Positions 61,328-64,000 of a stretch of 64,000 nt of DNA are shown in pieces (the stretch's first letter is position 1; every line of letters begins with the position of its first letter). The translations under genes and the position numbers were made by a program. Location: contig JBJOEZ010000001.1 of the NCBI GenBank assembly GCA_046048995.1, positions 95,479 to 159,478 of the forward strand, written 5' to 3'. The notes under the pieces were generated by a model. It was not told the origin of the DNA. It did no database searches and was given only the letters and a program-made list of their open reading frames with translations. This DNA comes from Verrucomicrobiota bacterium. GTDB taxonomy: Bacteria; Verrucomicrobiota; Verrucomicrobiia; Limisphaerales; JADJPG01.

Positions 61328-61807
61328 CTACTTCTTTTCCGCCGCCGAGGTGTGGTCGTGCACGATGCGCCAGCCCTCGGGGAACTGCCGGAACACGAGC
61401 GTGAACAACCCGGACGGCTCGTCCTGGGCGCGTTGCAGGCGCCAGCGGCCGAGCACGACGGCGGCGTCCGTGGAAAGCGGGGTGATCTCGAGGTCGGAGA
61501 AGGTCAGGCGCCCCATGGCGGCGCGGTCGCCGTATTTCTTCACGTAACGGGCAAAGACCGGCTGCCAGCCGCGCTCGACGTCGCCGCCGGAGGCGAACCG
61601 GATGTCGTCGCGCCGGGCGTAGCCCTGCATGAAGCGCTCGATGCTGCCGTCGTTCCAGGCGCGGGCCTGTTCCTCGAGCACGGCGCGGATGGCGGCCGTC
61701 CCGTCGCCGGCGGGCGCGGACGGGCGCGTGGCACAGCCGGCGAGGAGGAGGGCAGGGAGCGCCAGGAGCAGGAAGGGTTTCCGGATGGCGTGTCGTGTGA
61801 TCGTCAT
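61328..61807 (-). CDS. NTF2-like (DUF4440/YybH) lipoprotein
   Basis: Lipobox LAGC; AWNDGSIERFMQGY, MGRLTFSDLE, GLFTLVF...WRIVHDHTS. Confidence 0.87.
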   Translation of the reverse strand: MTITRHAIRKPFLLLALPALLLAGCATRPSAPAGDGTAAIRAVLEEQARAWNDGSIERFMQGYARRDDIRFASGGDVERGWQPVFARYVKKYGDRAAMGRLTFSDLEITPLSTDAAVVLGRWRLQRAQDEPSGLFTLVFRQFPEGWRIVHDHTSAAEKK

Positions 61808-61914
61808 GGGTCGAAGGTTCGGAATCGGCGCGCAGCCATGGACGGTGGGGACCGGGATTTGTTCGCTGGGATTAAGGATCCGCACAGAGGGCGGAGTCCA
61901 CTCAAATGAGCACC

Positions 61915-62067
61915 GGCGCGCGGGCCTCCGGCCCGCTTGCCGCGTGCGAATTCCAGGTGGTGGCGGCATGGTTGGAGATTGCCCCTGGGCGGTGCGGGTG
62001 GAGGTATACAGGAGAGCGTTCCTCGGGGAGGGATGGGTTTGCCAAGCGGGCGGGACGCCCGCGCGCC
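61915..62067. repeat. Inverted pair of REP-like elements
   Basis: Copy at 61915-61939 and inverted copy CAAGCGGGCGGGACGCCCGCGCGCC at 62043-62067 (23/25 match). Confidence 0.7.
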
Positions 62068-62069
62068 GC

Positions 62070-64000
62070 CTAGTCCACGAACATGAACTCCGTGCTGTTG
62101 AGGAGGACGCGGCAGGCGTTGGCAAGGCCGTGGCGGCGGGCGTAGTCGGCGAGGCGCGCGCGCTCGGCCGGGGTGGGGGCGCGTCCGTAGGCCAGCTGGC
62201 AGGCGCGCTCGACCTGCGCGGGCAGCCCGCGGGCCTCGCGCTCGAGCCGGGCGGCGAAGTGCTCGCATTGCCGCAGCACGAAGGGATTGTTCAGGGTGGC
62301 CAGGGCCTGCAGCGCGGTCAGCGTGGCGTTGCGCTTGGCCACGATCTGGGACGGGTCCGGCGCGTCCAGGCAGTCCATGAAGGGATCCGTCACGCTGCGC
62401 ACGAGGTGACGGTAGATGCTCCGGCGCCGGCCCTCCCGGGCATCCACGTCGAACCGGTCGTAGTCGTAAACCGGCGAGTGGTCGTCCTTGAAAAAGAACT
62501 GCCGATCGCTTGGCCCGCCTGGGGTGAGGTCGAGCTGGCCGCTGACGGACAGCATGGCGTCGCGCACGCACTCGGCGTCGAGGCGGGTGCGGTTCTGGCG
62601 CCAGAGCAGGCGGTTGTCGGCGTCCCGTGCGGCCGCCCGCGCGGCGGCGGGCCCGGCGGGTTGGGAGGTTTGCCGGTAGGCGGCGCTGGTCAGCATGAGG
62701 CGGTGCAGCTTCTTCAGGGACTCGCCGTTGTCCAGGAACCAGAAGGCCAGCCAGTCGAGCAGCTCCGGATGGGTGGGCGCGCTGCCGAGGTGCCCGAAAT
62801 CGTTCGGGGTGTCCACGAGGCCGCGCCCGAAGTGATGCTGCCAGACGCGGTTCACGATGGATCGGCGGGTCTGCAGGTTGCGCGGGTCGGAGAGCCAGCG
62901 GGCCAGGGCGGCGCGGCGGGCGGACTCGGGATGGCCCGGGGTGAGATCGAAGCCGGGGCCGGGTCCCGGCACGGCGGCGGGCGCGGCCGGGGTCATCAGA
63001 TCCCGGGGTTGCTTGACGTCGCCGCGGGCGAGGAAATGGACGGGCCGCAGCCCGTTGGCCGGGCGGAAGCTGCCCTCGGGCTTGAAGTCGCTGGCGGCGG
63101 CGTAGACGAGGCCCGGCGCGGGCAGGGCGGCAAGGGCGGCGTTGACCTGCTGGAGGCGCGCGGCGGTGCGCTCGACCTCGGCGGCGTGGCCGGCGGGGAG
63201 GAGGGACTGGGCCACGCGCGCGCGCTCGTCGGCCAGCCGGCGGGCGTCCGCCTCGAGGGCCTGGCGCCGGGCAAGGACGGCGGGGGAGGGCGCGACGTCG
63301 CTGAGGGGGCCCCGGCTGCTGAAGCCATCGACGAGGTGGCGGCGCGCCCAGCGCCCGGCCTCGATGGAATCGAGCGCCGTCACGGCGGCGCCGCGGGCGG
63401 CGTTGGTGCCGCCGGCAAACGCCTGCAGTTCGCCGAGGGCAAACACGTAGTCCTGGCTGCGAGGCCAGAGTTTCGTGGCGGTGACGCGGAGGTAGCGCAG
63501 TGGCGCGGGGGAGCCCTTCGCTGCGGGCACGGCCAGGACCAGGGGCGCGTCGCCGGGGTTGGGGAAATCCTTTCCGGTCTGGTCCGCCAGCACGATTCGG
63601 TTCGCGAATTCGGGGTTGTCAGCCGCCTCCACCTTGAAGCGGGCGGGGAAGCCGAAACCGGGCGTGTCGCGGAAATCAGTCGGGCGCGCCGGCACAAGGC
63701 GGACCTCGTCGAGGGGCAGGGCGCGCCCGAGGTCGACCTGCACCCACTTGGCGGCGGCGGGTTGGGGTTCGATGGCGGAGTGATAGCCGTTGGCCGGGCT
63801 TTTGGCGCCCGGCGGGGTGCCCCCGAGGGTGGCGAGTTCGGCCCGGACGGCGGCCAGCCGCCGGTCGAGCGTCGCCAGTTCCGGGCTGGTCAGCCGCGCG
63901 GCGGTCTCGGCCAGTTCCTTCTGCCGGGCCTCGAGCGATTTTTTCTCCGCGGCGAGGGCGCGCCGTTGCCGGTGCGTGGCGGGGTCGGCGTCGTAGGGCC
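62070..64000 (-). CDS. DUF1553 protein with discoidin-like insert, 3' part (5' end beyond the window)
   Basis: Frame open to the window end; [49 protein letters not shown]. Confidence 0.9.
   Translation of the reverse strand, partial: PYDADPATHRQRRALAAEKKSLEARQKELAETAARLTSPELATLDRRLAAVRAELATLGGTPPGAKSPANGYHSAIEPQPAAAKWVQVDLGRALPLDEVRLVPARPTDFRDTPGFGFPARFKVEAADNPEFANRIVLADQTGKDFPNPGDAPLVLAVPAAKGSPAPLRYLRVTATKLWPRSQDYVFALGELQAFAGGTNAARGAAVTALDSIEAGRWARRHLVDGFSSRGPLSDVAPSPAVLARRQALEADARRLADERARVAQSLLPAGHAAEVERTAARLQQVNAALAALPAPGLVYAAASDFKPEGSFRPANGLRPVHFLARGDVKQPRDLMTPAAPAAVPGPGPGFDLTPGHPESARRAALARWLSDPRNLQTRRSIVNRVWQHHFGRGLVDTPNDFGHLGSAPTHPELLDWLAFWFLDNGESLKKLHRLMLTSAAYRQTSQPAGPAAARAAARDADNRLLWRQNRTRLDAECVRDAMLSVSGQLDLTPGGPSDRQFFFKDDHSPVYDYDRFDVDAREGRRRSIYRHLVRSVTDPFMDCLDAPDPSQIVAKRNATLTALQALATLNNPFVLRQCEHFAARLEREARGLPAQVERACQLAYGRAPTPAERARLADYARRHGLANACRVLLNSTEFMFVD

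Noticed and set aside
44228-64000. Intact integrative element or prophage at tRNA-Val
   Set aside because: No integrase, phage or conjugation genes, and no repeat of the tRNA 3' end found in the window
1-64000. CRISPR array or rRNA
   Set aside because: No regularly spaced direct repeats with unique spacers and no rRNA-like segment; coding density leaves no room

Overview
High-GC bacterial chromosomal segment, most consistent with Verrucomicrobiota (Pedosphaera/Limisphaera-like). The placement is inferred from the long GreA, the DUF1501 plus DUF1549/DUF1553 clusters, and secreted proteins carrying a 'SQF(Y/F)R' domain. Most of the window is housekeeping: lpxA (partial), ribDE, greA, rsmB, cutA, ggt, rpsT, hisC, split pta, iscS-coaD-yceD-rpmF-plsX-fabH, thyA, tRNA-Val(CAC), pyrE and a SNF2 ATPase. 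Interspersed are secreted proteins, an Hhe-like DUF4011-helicase-Vsr-DUF3320 gene beside the tRNA, a porin plus small cytochrome c pair, and two DUF1501/DUF1549-DUF1553 loci. No integrase, transposase, rRNA or CRISPR array was seen. The most notable observations are: (i) two differently circularly permuted discoidin (F5/8C) domains in the variable slot of neighbouring DUF1553 proteins; (ii) a ~70-aa 'QxxWP...W...SQF(Y/F)RxR' module shared by two Thr-Asn-rich secreted proteins, once C-terminal and once N-terminal; (iii) a tandem esterase whose second domain has Asp in the nucleophile position; (iv) an unannotated 36-aa highly basic ORF; (v) many apparently leaderless genes; (vi) two REP-like inverted-repeat families. 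All family calls come from manual motif recognition, not database searches.
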